The notes below the pieces were generated by a model that ran no database searches, was not told the origin of the DNA, and worked only from the letters and a program-made list of their open reading frames with translations. The position numbers and the translations under genes are program-made. This document shows, piece after piece, positions 24,836 to 37,464 of a stretch of 64,000 nt of DNA (position 1 is the stretch's first letter; each line of letters begins with the position of its first letter). The DNA is from Callorhinchus milii (Eukaryota): the NCBI RefSeq assembly GCF_018977255.1, contig NW_024704743.1:22818001-22882000 (forward strand), in the 5' to 3' direction.

Positions 24836-25179
24836 GTGGAGTTCTGTAGCTCAGTGGTTAGAGCACTCGTCTCGCAAGTGAGAGGACCTGAATTTAATTC
24901 CCGGCCGGGCGAAATGTTGGGCAAGTTTCCTTACTCCTCTTGTTCCTGTTTACCTAGCATTAAGTAGGAACCCGGTTATTAGTCGATAGGCGGATCACTT
25001 TTCTGGGGTAATATCCCTTAAAAAACAAATAAATAATAATAATTTGGTCACTCAATCCATGACTGTTTGTGGAACACTACTAGTCAACTTACTTGACAGT
25101 ATATTCTGTGAAGCGCTTTCAGACGTTTCAAAGACGCGATAAAGAGCTATATCAAATGCAAGGATTATTATTATTATTA
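24836..25179 (+). mobile_element. tRNA-derived SINE, long variant (Deu-like part partly deleted)
   Basis: gtggagttctgtagctcagtggttagagcactcg...gtttacctagc...aaatgcaagga(tta)n. Confidence 0.92.
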
Positions 25180-25189
25180 CTTTTCCTGA

Positions 25190-25420
25190 AAAATTTATAT
25201 AATTCCCTTTTAAATATTACTATGGATTCCAATTTAACAACCATTGGTAGTGAGGCATTCTGCATTCTAACCAACCCTCAGTGTTATTTCTTTCTACCTG
25301 CTCCTTTTTTTCCTTCTGGTGTTAATCCTCAATTTATGAACTGATGCTACTGACTCGGTGGAAATAGTTTCTCTAGTTACTCTCTCTAAGACATTCTTCA
25401 TTTTAAAAACCTCTAAACAG
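25190..25420 (-). mobile_element. Old CR1 3' fragment, apparently resuming at ~25922 after the family X insertion
   Basis: Homologous to 8350-8580 (gtggaaatagtttct, ttttaaaaacctct). ctccccttaa at ~25922 continues the CR1 sequence. Confidence 0.65.
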
Positions 25421-25920
25421 AAGAGTGCACCAGAAGGCTCTGTGCTAAGCATAGAGTTTGCACATATAACAGGTCTTGGCCTGGGTCTCTGGTATTGCAC
25501 ATAAGTAGCATTAAGGCTGCAGTTTATACGATTCTCTCTCACTTTTGCTCCTGATAACCCCACAAGCCAAAGCCCTAACAAGTAGGGTGGTCCTAGCTGG
25601 ACAAGCAGCGAGAAAGGTGGCCAGACAGTGATATTAATGGCAAGCTATACAGTTTTAGCTGGTTAGATTCCAGCAATACCCCATCGCACACTCTGGGGTC
25701 CCCAAGCCTTCGCTCTTGCCAACCTGCACCTAATACTTTCTGGAATTAGGTAAGCAGGATGTGTCATTCCAGGGAGAGAATGCACGTTGCATTCCAACAA
25801 TCTATCTCCGGGATTTCCATCTGTAGGTGGGATACGGGGAAATTTTAGCTTGGTTTGGATACTCGTAAGCATGGTGATGGCATTCTGCATGGGTCAGACA
25901 CCCGGCTGACCAAAAGAAAA
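25421..25920 (+). mobile_element. Family X, longest copy (probable 3' end of a non-LTR retrotransposon)
   Basis: Aligns by eye with 37465-37850, including the shared blocks tttagctggttagattccagca, gctcttgccaacctgcaccta and tctggaattaggtaagcaggatgtgtc. It ends cagacacccggctgaccaaaagaaaa. Confidence 0.8.
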
Positions 25921-27249
25921 GCTCCCCTTAAAGAGTTGAGCTGTAAGTATATTGGGGGGGAAGAGCCCACTCTAGCCCTAGTCACCCACCCACCGCCTAT
26001 GTCTGATACTCATTTGACATTGTGTCAGTGGTCTTAGCTGGCTATTCTCTACGCTGTTTAAACTGTTCCAAAGTGTACTCAGCAACAATTTACATTTATA
26101 TAGGGAGTTTTCCATCTTGTCTCGAAGTACAGGAGGCCAACTGACACCCTGTGAGACTATAAAAGAAATAGTTATTTTTATGCCAAAATCTGCGTTAATT
26201 ATTAGACAAAAAGAGTTCAACATTAACTAAAGGTGATGAAATCCCTAGCTGTTGGCTGCAATGGAGGTGACTAACTATTAGGTCACACTTGATGAATTGT
26301 GAAATAGGATCACATTAATCTGCTAACATTTCATGAAGAGCTGTGGCTCCTCCCTCCTAACAGATTAACATTCCAGTCAGTTTGTGGGATCCTTGATGTC
26401 AGGGTTAATGTGGTTACTCTGATGGTAAGCGATTGAATGGTAGAACATTACCAGCAGAAGTTTCGCGGAATAATTAACCTTAAATCCATAATTTCTACAT
26501 CAACACAAGTGGTATGATTGTGCATTTCTACGGTTTATAGCTCTGCAGGGAGTAATGATGCTCAGCGTTGTTTTGTTTCTGCAGGTTTTGTTGGTAATTG
26601 TGCTGTGAATCATTGACCAGGATCAATTGTTCATCTCTGATTGACATGTAAGTAAAATAATGTTGGAGCCTATTGCATTCCGCATTCCTTATCATGGAAT
26701 AGCGAGATTACAAGAGAAGGCTGCAGACGGACAGGCCCTTTGGCCTGTTTGCTTTTCGCAGAATTCCCACTGCTTCTTCCCGTGTTGCAGGACTGAGCTG
26801 TTTCTTGACCAAGAATTCACTTGCTCTTGCATTCCAAGCTAATAGTGGCTTCATCCAGTCATTTAATGAAAAAGTATTTATGATTCATACTCTGGATCAT
26901 GGGAAAAAAGTGTAAGGAATAAAGGTATTGAACACAGATGAGCAAATTGAGAGGATTTCCGCTTTCCCTAAAGCCTTGGTCCCATTTTAACCTGTTATGT
27001 TAACTCTTGCTTTCTTAACCAAATTGACAATCTAACTCTTTTCATCCAGTCAAATGCATGAAAATGGATGTGGCCACAATTATACACCAGATTAGTCAAA
27101 GACAGACTAGGAAGCCATTTGAAACAAATTTAAAAGTCACAGTTTAGTTAATATCACTTTGTCAACTGGTTAGTGACAATAAAGATGATTGACATTCCCA
27201 GGATGAAGTTGTGACAGCATGGCTTAGTTCATAGCCTTGATTCAGATAT

Positions 27250-27613
27250 GGAGACTTTGAACTCACAGTCTAGGCTGGCACTCCAGTGCAGTGGTGGGGG
27301 CTGGGGCTGCATTGTTGGAGAAGCAGTCACTCGGATCAGATGTTAATTTGAGGTTCCGTCTGCCTGTTCAGATGAATGTTATAGATCCCATAGCACTAAT
27401 CAAAAGAAGAAGAAAGTTTCCCCTGGCCACCATCCCTTATATAAAATTGATCATTCACTTCATGGCTGTGTGTGGGACTCTTTGCAAATTGGCTGCTGCG
27501 TCTGCCTACAAAATACACAGTCACCACACTTTACAGTAAATCATGGAAATCGCTTTCAGACATGCTTCTGATGTGAAAGGCACTACATCAAATGTAAATA
27601 TTATTATTATTAT
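27250..27613 (+). mobile_element. SacSINE1-like Deu-SINE
   Basis: ctaggctggcactccagtgcag...ctgcattgttggag...gttcagatgaatgttatagatcccatagcact...aaattggctgctgcg, followed by an L2-type tail. Confidence 0.8.
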
Positions 27614-28479
27614 TAATAGAAAGACATTGTAATATGTTCCGACAATATGTTATGACTTTATATTTGTAGATAAAGGTCCCTAGTATAGCTATGTTAAAAT
27701 AGTAACCAAAACAAAACAAGTGAAAAATATCCATAACTAATCACTAATATAGCCTTTGGCTTTCCAGATACACCGTATACTTAAGTCGATCGGTCGCAAG
27801 GTCCATCCTCCCTGCATTTTGGATGATTGAGGTTGGCTTGAGCAGAAATCATTATTTATAGCATCTGTGCACAGATCCTTTGTACAAAAAGATTATTCTA
27901 GTACCTACCTGACTGTGCAAGAATGCCAATGTATTACAAATGTCAATCTGGCAGAGGGTAAGAGCTTTTTGTAACACAAATTTGTAACTTTTTTCCCATG
28001 ACAGTCTATAAGTGTTAGTCAAGTGTGTTCAACATAGGACATTCTGTTGAAACATCCACTTACACAGCTCCTTTCACACAGGAGAGTTTCTCAAAGCATT
28101 TTATAGAGGTGGAGCCTGAGCTGGGATGCAGTCAAAGAGAAAAGTCTTTGGTCGGGTTTTGAGGGAGACTCGACTGAATTAACTATTTTTTTTCCAATGT
28201 TGGAGGCATGGAAAACAAAACTTTAATTAACCCAAAGGAAAAGAAAGACCACACATCTTCCCGCAAACTATTTGGGATTATGTCCCCAAACGTTAAATCC
28301 GAAGAAATATTACAGAATGTCCAAATAGGAGTCATGTAATGTCTGAAGAGGAGTCTTCTGCCGTAGTCATCTCATAAATAAAGTCAGGCAATATCTCTGA
28401 ACATGATGTAGATGTATTGATAAGGAAAAGAGTATTGGTTATGACTTGCACATGATTTTCCCATTAGACCAATATAAAA

Positions 28480-28882
28480 TAACAATAGTAATCACTACAT
28501 TTGACATAGCCACTTTCACATTGGGAAGATGTACCTTACAAGAATATACCTTGCAGTAACTGTATTTTATGGGCGAACATGGCAGTCAATTTGTGCACAG
28601 CAATGTCCCCCAATCAGCTTTGAAGGAGTGACTAATCTTATTTAGGGAATTGTTGGCCTGGACATCAGGAGAAATTCTCTTCTCGTTTTGAATTGTGCCA
28701 TGGGATCTTTAACATCCACTTGAACAGGCAGTCGGGATCTTGGTTTAACCTTTCATTCAAAGGACAGCACCTCCAACACTGGATCAGAGGGTGAGCATAG
28801 GCTATATGAGTTCCAAGTCGTGAAGTGGGGCTTATACCTTCTGACTCAGTGGTGAGAGAACTACCAAAGAAGCTAGGCCGAC
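28480..28882 (-). mobile_element. SacSINE1-like Deu-SINE
   Basis: gtgccatgggatctttaacatccacttgaacaggcag...aaaggacagcacctccaaca...ccttctgactcag. Confidence 0.85.
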
Positions 28883-30006
28883 ACAAATACTGCAACAGTC
28901 TCAACTGATCATGACCAAACTGATTGCAAATAAGGTTTGAAAATAGGTCCATATTTTGTCATATGGTCATATGGTCAGAATATTTTGCATATTGTGCCAA
29001 AGTGACAATACCAGTGTGGAAGAATGCTCTTATACAGTAGAGTGAAATAATCTTATCGCATCTGACACTTGAGATAAATCTGGCTCTTTTAAACACATTT
29101 CCAGCCGTAATCTTAGACTATTATGTTTGACTGTATTATAAGGACAAAATAAATCATCTTACAATAATTCTCCAATCACTCTTACTAATCTGTGGAGTGA
29201 TAGGTAGGAAAATATGAGGGGATTGCATATAAATGTAGAGGGCCATTTGCCAAATCTGAGAACACTTGGCAATATGGATATAATGGCATGAAGAAAGATT
29301 TGTTTAGATTGGGAACATATGTTAAGGAACCTTACTGCTACAATCAAAGAGGTTTTCATATAACAAACAAACCACTAGACAGAGAGCAGGATGTAGCTGC
29401 ATTGACATAGAAAAGTGTACTGGTTATATGATGATAACCGTACAGAATGTCCTAACAAGGTAACTAAATGCTGTAACAAAATGCCCTGAAGACCTGTAAT
29501 ATCACTCTTGTAACTCATGGTGCACTTCCCTTCGAATAATATTTGCTGCTCTCTGTTGAAGCTTTTACCTGTAGTGCCCTGTTTATGGTGGTGGACAGCA
29601 AGGCACTACAATGTACTGTTAAAAAAAGAGAATAACTGAACAAATAAGGGTTATAAGTTGATAAGTTAAAGCTTGCTGTAAGACTTGCGCTTCCAGTCAT
29701 AACAACATTGATGACTGTCTTGATATTGGTTCAAGTAGTCTAAACTGTATATAGTTTGGCTGCAGCAACGTTAAATAATTAGGGCTTGATTATAGAGTAC
29801 AGGCCTGTGGGTAGCACATGAAGAAATGGAAAATATTAATTCCCTATGTTTGGATCTAGTGCAGAGCTGTTACTACAGTTCTCTCACAGTGTACTTATAT
29901 AAATCACTGCAGACATCTCATGATCAAGAACAATCTGCTGTAGCCATCTTCTTCCCTCCACCTCCATCTCCACTTGAAATGTTCCAGCTCAATATATCTT
30001 TAGGTT

Positions 30007-30078
30007 TGTGTGTATATATATATATGTGTGTGTGTGCATGCGTTTGTCTGTATGTGAGTGTATATGTATGCATGTGCG
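30007..30078. repeat. (TG)n/(TA)n compound microsatellite
   Basis: Directly visible. Confidence 0.85.
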
Positions 30079-30122
30079 GTGATAATTATCAGCACAACAT
30101 ATATCCATGTATCATCACAACT

Positions 30123-30548
30123 TGTCAGCCTGGCTCAGTTGGTAGTACTCATCTCCGAGTCAGAAGGTTGTGGGTTAAAGCCCTGCATCAGGACTTTGAA
30201 TTCACACAGTCAATGGTGACAGTCCAATACAGTGTTGGAGGAGCACTGCATTGTTAGAAGTGCAATCCTTCAGATGAGATGTTAAACCAAGGTCTGCTTA
30301 TTTAGGTGGATGTTAAGATCCCAGGGTACTTTTCAAAAAATGAGGTGAGTTTCTCCCAGTGTTCTGGGCAACAATGTCTAAGGTAAAATTACTCATTCAT
30401 TTCATGGGTGTTTGTAAGACATCATTGTGTGCAAATTGGTTGCAACCTTCACCTATAAAATACACAGTCACTACATGTTACAGTTTTACATTCTGTGAAG
30501 CGCTTTGAGACGTAGTCCTGACACGAAACACACTATATCACATGCAAG
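30123..30548 (+). mobile_element. Near full-length SacSINE1-like Deu-SINE
   Basis: tRNA-like head tgtcagcctggctcagttggtag...gagtcagaaggttgtgggtt, a Deu-like core, and tail ctgtgaagcgctttgagacg...atgcaag. Confidence 0.88.
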
Positions 30549-30624
30549 ACAATTTAAGACAAATTTACCCTTTTGTGTGTCTTATGTGTGTGCTTGTGTA
30601 TGAACAGAACAATTTCCACTGACC

Positions 30625-31170
30625 TAGCACTTTTCACATAAGGAGGACGTCTCAAAGTGCTTTACAAACTTGTCTGGGAGCCCAAGCTGGAGGCGGGAGG
30701 AGAGAACTGGAGAGGGGAGGGACAGGTGGCCAAAAGCACAGTTGAAGGGATAGGTTTTAAAGTTCTGAAGGGGTTTAAGGTGGGTTCTGAAGGGTGAGAG
30801 GGAGGGGGCAAGGTGGAGGGATTCCGGGTTGCAGGAGGCCGCAGAGATAGATTGGGGCAAGGCCATAGTGGTATTTGAACACAAGAATGAGAATCCAGGG
30901 TGATCCTGGTGTGTCAGGTGTGTTCAGCAACACAGGCATGAGATTGAGATTTCAGGAGTGGAGGTGGTTGTCATACCCAGGGAACTTGTGGGGGTAAGAA
31001 GCGATGCAGGATTTGTTGGGAACAGGGGTGTTGAGGATGGCGATAAGAGAGTCATTTGTCGAGGAAAGGTCAAAGCATGTGGAGAGCTAAAGGGGCAGAC
31101 GTTTAAAGGACTCAAGAGACTTATTTGTGATGGCGGGTGGCGGAGAAGTATTTTATTCATGGGGTGATAA
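30625..31170 (-). mobile_element. Degenerate L2 fragments (3' end plus upstream ORF2 pieces)
   Basis: cacttttcacataaggaggacgtctcaaagtgc tail. The minus ORF reads LHLAPSLSPFRTHLK...FKTYPFNCAF. Confidence 0.7.
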
Positions 31171-32809
31171 GTGATGTTCTCTTTGACAGATTTACCTGTT
31201 TGCTTTTGACATGAGGCTAGAGTGTTTGCATCCTTACATCTGTATTTTTCCTTGACTAATTTCTCTGTAGAATAGTCAGAAAATGATATTCTCGTAGAGA
31301 ATATGATGATGTATGATGTACATAAGAAATTCAGTCAGAGCCCTGCATAAGGGCAAGCTGGCTTGCTGTCTTGTCTGTGTGGCAGCCAAATTATATCTGC
31401 CATCTCTGCCATTAGAGTATGATGGAATTATCTTGTTACCAAGATCATTGAACTATATTAAGGAATGCGAGAACAGTTTAATTAGGGCTGTTTGGTCGTT
31501 GCTTTGTACCAATGAAGAACAATATTTAGATACTTATCTGGTGTGTGGTCCCTATGAAAAATTAACAGTCACACTGCAGCCTGGGTGGCATTAGTGTAGA
31601 GCCCCAGTACATATGCAATCGTTCAGACAGCATGTAAACAAATTCATTGGAGCAACTGTAATATTTCAAAATGTTGAAGGGTACCGTGTCTGTGGAAATG
31701 TGTTCAGCTAATTGCTAATTCTTGTTACATATCCTGTGAGAGCTTTCACTTTCACACATTGGGACTTGAGCTCGTAGTCTGCTTACATCGCTGTACAGCA
31801 CCAGGGAAATGTCACATTGTTGATGGTGCTGTCTTTTGGTTCAGAAGTTATATTGAGGCATCAAGCCATTATTCAAATTGAGAGAAGAATTTCTCCTGGT
31901 TTAAGTCCCGTCTCAAATCCTACCTCTTTGAACACACTTTCAGCCACAAATTTCAAAGATCCTTATGTATCTCAATGGGCAGGCAAAGAATTCCTGCTCA
32001 AGCTCAATGGATAGAGTGCTACCTCGTTGTCGTGAGGTGTCTGGGGTGTCAGATGTAGACAATAATGTTATTATGGGTCCACATAAGATATGGTAAAACT
32101 GCTGCTGGTCCTGCTTCCTGGTCAGGTCACTGCTCATGTCACTTTCTGTGCATTGTGTCCTTCACAAATGCACAACACAGAAGAAGCGATGTTAGCGGCA
32201 CTTCCTGTGTGTGCTGCTTATGTCCACTGCGCAGGAATTGACATCAGCAACACTTCCTGCACATAGCGAACATGCGCGCAACAGCAAGGAAGTGACGTCA
32301 GTGGCGACCAGTTGACCTGAAAGGTGGCTACTGTTTAGCATGTCTTAGTTCGCCTCACTAGTCAGCCCCGGAAGCTGGTGTACTGCGTTTCTGTTGCAGT
32401 GCAGGCCCGCAGGAGACCTGCGCATAAACAAAACTTTGCTCAAGGTGTACTAGTGGAGTTGCCCTACACTTTTCCTGTGTGGGCTCCATGTAAACTTGAT
32501 AATAAGAGTGGGAAAGAGACACGATAAGCATGACATTGGCTCTCATAGACGATGTTTGCTATGAAAACAGAGTCCTTAACTACACGGAAAAAACATGCAT
32601 GATCAGCAGCACAGAAACTACTTAGGAAAATTACAGGAAATTTTATTTTTCAATGTATTTTATTTTATTTGGGCAACCCCTCTCCCCGCCCCCTCTCCGC
32701 CCCATACAGGAACAAAACACAAGTTAGTGACTTGCTTCCCTTGACTTGCGCGAATCTTGCAGTAAGTTTAGAAGTCGAGCGGTTTATATCTGCAATCCTG
32801 TAGTTATTA

Positions 32810-33225
32810 TCACAAGATCACAGAAGAGGTTTGGATGAAGAATGCCCTTTGGCCTATCTGATCTCATCCTTCCAGAACACACACCCTATTATCCTCCCAT
32901 CATAGTATCAATGATAATAATACCAATGTTTGCATTTGATATAGCGCTTTTCATGTCTTCTAGACGTCTTAAAGAGCTTCACACAATATACTGTAAAATG
33001 ATTTGACTGTATATTTGTGGGCAAAACTCGGCAGCCAATTGCACACAGCAGTGTCCCACAAACAGTCGTGGATTGAAGTGACCAATTGATTATTGTTTTT
33101 CGAGCTGTATTTTTTAAATGAGACCAGTAATCTGGTTTCAACTACCCTTCATTGGTAACCTGTTTTACATGTTAATTATCCTCTGGGTAAAGAAATACTT
33201 CTAGGTGCCTGTCTTGAAATTGTCT
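32810..33225 (-). mobile_element. Old CR1 3' end split by a SINE 3' half (32911-33100, -)
   Basis: The CR1 sequence ...atca|agctg... (compare the reverse complement of 50040-50070) is interrupted by tgcatttgatatagcgc...gccaattgcacacagcagtgtcccac. Confidence 0.8.
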
Positions 33226-33404
33226 TGTGATGATTTCTGTTTCTGCTGCAACGTTCTGAAACTAGGGGAGAAATTATACTCCGGTATCCCTCTAATCGCT
33301 ACATGTGCAACACTGAAAAAAAGCACCACCTGGAACAAAAATTTGTCATGGTTCATAAAACATAATCTGTTTTCTCTTACATTGTTATCTGCTATTTACT
33401 CTTG

Positions 33405-33770
33405 CTTCTGAGTCAGAAGGATTTTGAATTCATAATACTCCAATTTAGTGCTGGGGGAGTGCTGCATTGTTGGAGGTGCTGTCCTTTAGGTGAGATGTTA
33501 AATTAGTTAGTTTGGTGGACATTAAACATCCTATGCCACTATTCAAAAAGCGAGTGGAGTTTCTCCCAGTGTTCTGGTCAATAATCTCCTAAATAAAATT
33601 AATCATTTACTTCGTAGCTGTTTGTGGGACACTGTTGTGTGCAAATTGGCTGCTGTGTTTGCTTACAAATAGACAGTCAGTGCACTTCATAGTAAAATCC
33701 TGTGAAGCGCATTCAGATATCTTGGCGATGTGATAAGTCACTGTATCAAATGCAAGGTTACTATTATTAC
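33405..33770 (+). mobile_element. SacSINE1-like Deu-SINE
   Basis: ctgagtcagaagg...gagtgctgcattgttggaggtgctgtcc...gtgcaaattggctgctg...aaatgcaagg. Confidence 0.88.
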
Positions 33771-34199
33771 TGCTATCTTTGGGCATAAAAGGCTGCCTTA
33801 TCTATCTCTTGGTTCACAATAGAAAAACAATGCCTGTGAAACACTGATAAAGATAACTAAGATTTGTTTTCTTCCCCAGATCTATTGGCAACATCCTGCT
33901 GAATGGAATTGTACATACAAGTGGACGTCATCAACCAATCTGTCACATACAAGAACTGCTTAGGCCAAATATTTTAGGATAATAGTTTATACCCTCATTA
34001 AATCTACTTTGGCAGTGACTGGATGTAGAAATAAAAGTGTCCAATGCATGCTTATTTTCTCTTTGGAAAAAAAAAACATATTTTGTTACCTGCCCTCAAC
34101 TCAGTCCCAACAGTACGTAAAAACATAAACAGACATTTCCCAAGCAGATAGATTCTATAATAGATGGCCTAAGATGTTTAGTTCAGTTTTCTCCATTAT

Positions 34200-34470
34200 T
34201 CACCATTCCCCTGCCCTATGTGTCCCTCCATTGGCAGGCAGGCTTTCAGCCCTTCTGCACCCATTCTCTGGAACTCTATCCCGGAGTCCCACTGACTCGC
34301 TTGCTTCCTGCCTTCATTCAAGCCCTTCTGTTGACCACACTTTTGGTGATCTTTCCGCTTGAAAACCCTCTCAGCTTCCAACTCTAGCTCGGGAGCGCAA
34401 CCAGCATTGTTAAGCACTTTGGGACATCCTCCTGATGTGAAAGGACCTCTCTAAATATAAATTGCATTGT
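34200..34470 (+). mobile_element. L2 3' end
   Basis: ccattggcaggcaggctttcagc...ctctggaactctatccc...aagcactttgggacatcctcctgatgtgaaagg. Confidence 0.8.
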
Positions 34471-34699
34471 ATATTGTATTGTATTTATTACCTGACTATG
34501 CATACAACCACCCAGGTTCCAAATATATTTACTTGTTAGTAAGTTATTGAAGTTAGGCAGCAAGTACCCATTATTTTCTGTTTGACAGTAAATTGACCAA
34601 ACTTTTGTTGGGTGGATTTGGAATGGGAAGCCCCATCGACATAACCCCCAAGCCAATACTTGTGTATTTGAAGTATTGGTACTCAATAACCATGGGGGG

Positions 34700-35120
34700 A
34701 GCTGAGGAAAGTGGGGGTGGGGGGGGGGGGGGGGGGCGGGATGAGGGGAGGGGATGGCAGGAGTGTGTGGAAGGTGATTGAAAGGATAGGTCTTAAGGTG
34801 GCTTTTACAGGTGCGGAGGGAGTTCCGATTGACTGAATGCTTGCTCACAGATGGCGTGCAGATTGGGTGGGGATACATGAAGCACAATGCTGTTTGCTCA
34901 ATGGAGGGAATGGCTGGAATAACAGGACCACAGGTGGTCACTGAGGTAATGAGGGGTGATCCCATGGAGGGATTTGAAGTGAGCAACAGGATCTCAAATG
35001 GGGCATGGGGAGCCAGTGGAGCTGAGTGAAGATGGGTAATAGGGCTCATCAAGCCTGGTCAGGGAGAGGACATGGGCTGCAGAATTCCGGATAGCTTGTG
35101 TAGGGAGTATCTGGGGAGTC
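34700..35120 (-). mobile_element. Degenerate L2 3' ORF2 fragment with a poly-G run
   Basis: Homologous to 6000-6400 (ggagaggacatgggctgcaga, ccatggaggg). The minus ORF reads SPITHLHSAPL...CKSHLKTYPF. Confidence 0.75.
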
Positions 35121-36547
35121 AGAGCACATGCGCATCTTAAGACCTATCCTTTCAATCACCCTTTTCGAATTTTATAGTAAAAAAGTTACTATAAAATATT
35201 GTTCAATGCTGTTGTAATATTGCTATGTACAATTAACATGTGTTCAATAGCAATCTTAAGAACGTGGTAGAAAGAAAGACTAGTGAAGTTTATAACATAG
35301 GGTTTTATTATAGGATTACATGTGGCCTTAGAAGCTCTCTTTCAATCTCAGTGGTTTTCTTCTCTTTGCTCCTCTCCTGGAGGGCATTGAATTATTTTTC
35401 ATTCTACTATGGAACAGTTCCATGGACTCACATTGTCATCTGGTTTCTTGCCCAAATCCTGGAATTATTCTTTGGCGAGCATTGACAGTGAGCATTGGCA
35501 GGCATTTCAACTGTGGTGGGGGAGTGGGAGATTGGGGGGAGTGTGAAATCACAGCTAGTCCAATTCTGTCTTCACCTGACGCCCCCATGCATACTTTTTT
35601 AAAGCACTACCACACATACAAGAACAATAACAATTTCCATTTATATAGTGTCCTTCACACAGGGCGCTTACATCAGCTGAAAACATGCACAATTATTTGA
35701 GCTGGGAGGGGATAGAATGGATATGCTGGACCTGAAAAGGCTATTATGGTCCAACCACCATCCAGAGGAAAAGAAAAGAAACTATCCTAACCTACTCTAA
35801 TGGGGGTAAATTAGTGACATTTCATCACATGTACAATGTGCAAATTATCACTTCAAATGTGTTATGAAATACCACCAATTAGTTCCTATTCAATAATTGT
35901 CTCCAGCCTCAGTAATCCCATCCTTGCTCCTGCCTTGCTAGAGAGCTGAGATTGCCTGTGTTCATGCCTTTTTACCAACATAGCAATGTCACCTTGAAAA
36001 CTTAAGGCATCGATTGAGTGCTATCTGACGCCCTTGAGGCAGCACATTTAAGTGAAGGTGGAGAGGATATCAACTTAATTCAGTCAGCAGCCTCTTCTGC
36101 TGCTCTGAGATGGCAACCTTCACGATTGGGGCAGCTTTCACCTCGTGGTCACTTTCAGCCAATAGTCACAGCCATGTCGTTCCTCAGCAGTGGAAAATTT
36201 TGTTGATGAAGATTAAGGCGGCATTAACACCCACTGCTCGTGAAGGGGAAAAATGTGCGAACTGCAATAGTGCAGTAGTCTTTTGGGTATTAATATAGAT
36301 TGGACAGGAGAGAAATAATAGACTTTCGGCTGGTAGCCAATTTTCCACCAGCACCTTTGATTCAAACACATAGATATTGGGCCCTGTAGACTTGCCCCAT
36401 GTGCTGAAAATGTTGATAAGGGGCCAGCTCATCGGCTTTTGTTCAGATTTGTGGTGAATTTATTTCTGTGCCCTTAAAAATAGCTGTAATGGAACTTAAA
36501 ATCTATTTGTAAGCTGATAATTGTAACTTGAAGCTGAATCACATATA

Positions 36548-36925
36548 TTTACCTCTGTGACCTCCTAACACCATATAGACCTGTCCGCTCCCTCCACTCA
36601 GCAGGCTTTAGCCCACTCCATGTCGCCTGCCCAGCCCGGCCCACCATCGCTGGTCGGGCCTTTAGCCTCTCTTCCCCATGCTTTGCAACTCCATTCCACA
36701 GTCACTTCGCCTTGCTCCCTTCCTTGCCTCCTTCAAGGCACATCTCAAAACCCTCCTCTGTGACTGCGACTTCAGTCACCCTCCTACCCCCACCCTACCT
36801 GCCCTCCATCCCTCCTAATCCCAACCCCCTGCTCGAGTCCAAATCCCTGGCTGTCCAATGCCTTGGGACGTCCTCCTGACGTGAAAAGTGCTATACAAAG
36901 GCAATTTGTTGGTCTTGTTCTTGTT
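36548..36925 (+). mobile_element. L2 3' end (~380 bp)
   Basis: tacctctgtgacctcctaac...cttcaaggcacatctcaaaaccctcc...gccttgggacgtcctcctgacgtgaaaagtgctatac. Confidence 0.9.
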
Positions 36926-37464
36926 CAACCCTTATAAAAATACACCACATGAGGGGCAAGAGCACAATCCCACCCCTTTCCGAGGGTATTGTAAAAAAAA
37001 GTGGTTGTGCGTCAGGTGGAGATGTCTGAGAAATTTAATATATAAATATTGTCAAAAGATGAGAAGAAGTGTCTTGAATGAGTAAAGTGCATTTGGCAAT
37101 TCTATCCCCTCCACAAATCAAGAACCATTCTCTTCATCTCAGACATTAATCACTGTCTTGACGAAAGTGACAAACCATGGGCAAAATCCCTTAGAAAAAG
37201 CCTCTGAAATTTCTGCTCACTTCACAAAAGTAAAAAGGATTTTGGGATATTAATTCAACCTTACAGCCCATACTCTCCAAACCTTCCCATTGTAACCCAT
37301 AGATGACACATGTTGGATGTCGAATGACCAATTAGCAATTATCCTACTTGGGGTATGGAGTAGCTCCAAAATGACATGTTTGTCAACAAAATATCGGAAT
37401 CGAACCAGCCCTCTGTAGCTTTCTGGATAGTCCAGTTCCTGAGCCAGTATTCCAGGGAACAGCA

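Noticed and set aside
33855..34130. Strong + acceptor (ttttcttccccag, ending 33879) followed by an open frame
   Set aside because: No convincing donor and no recognisable peptide.
37360..37450. LQNDMFVNKI...VAFWIVQFLSQ as a Rex1/Babar RT remnant
   Set aside because: The resemblance is weak and there are no adjacent RT motifs.
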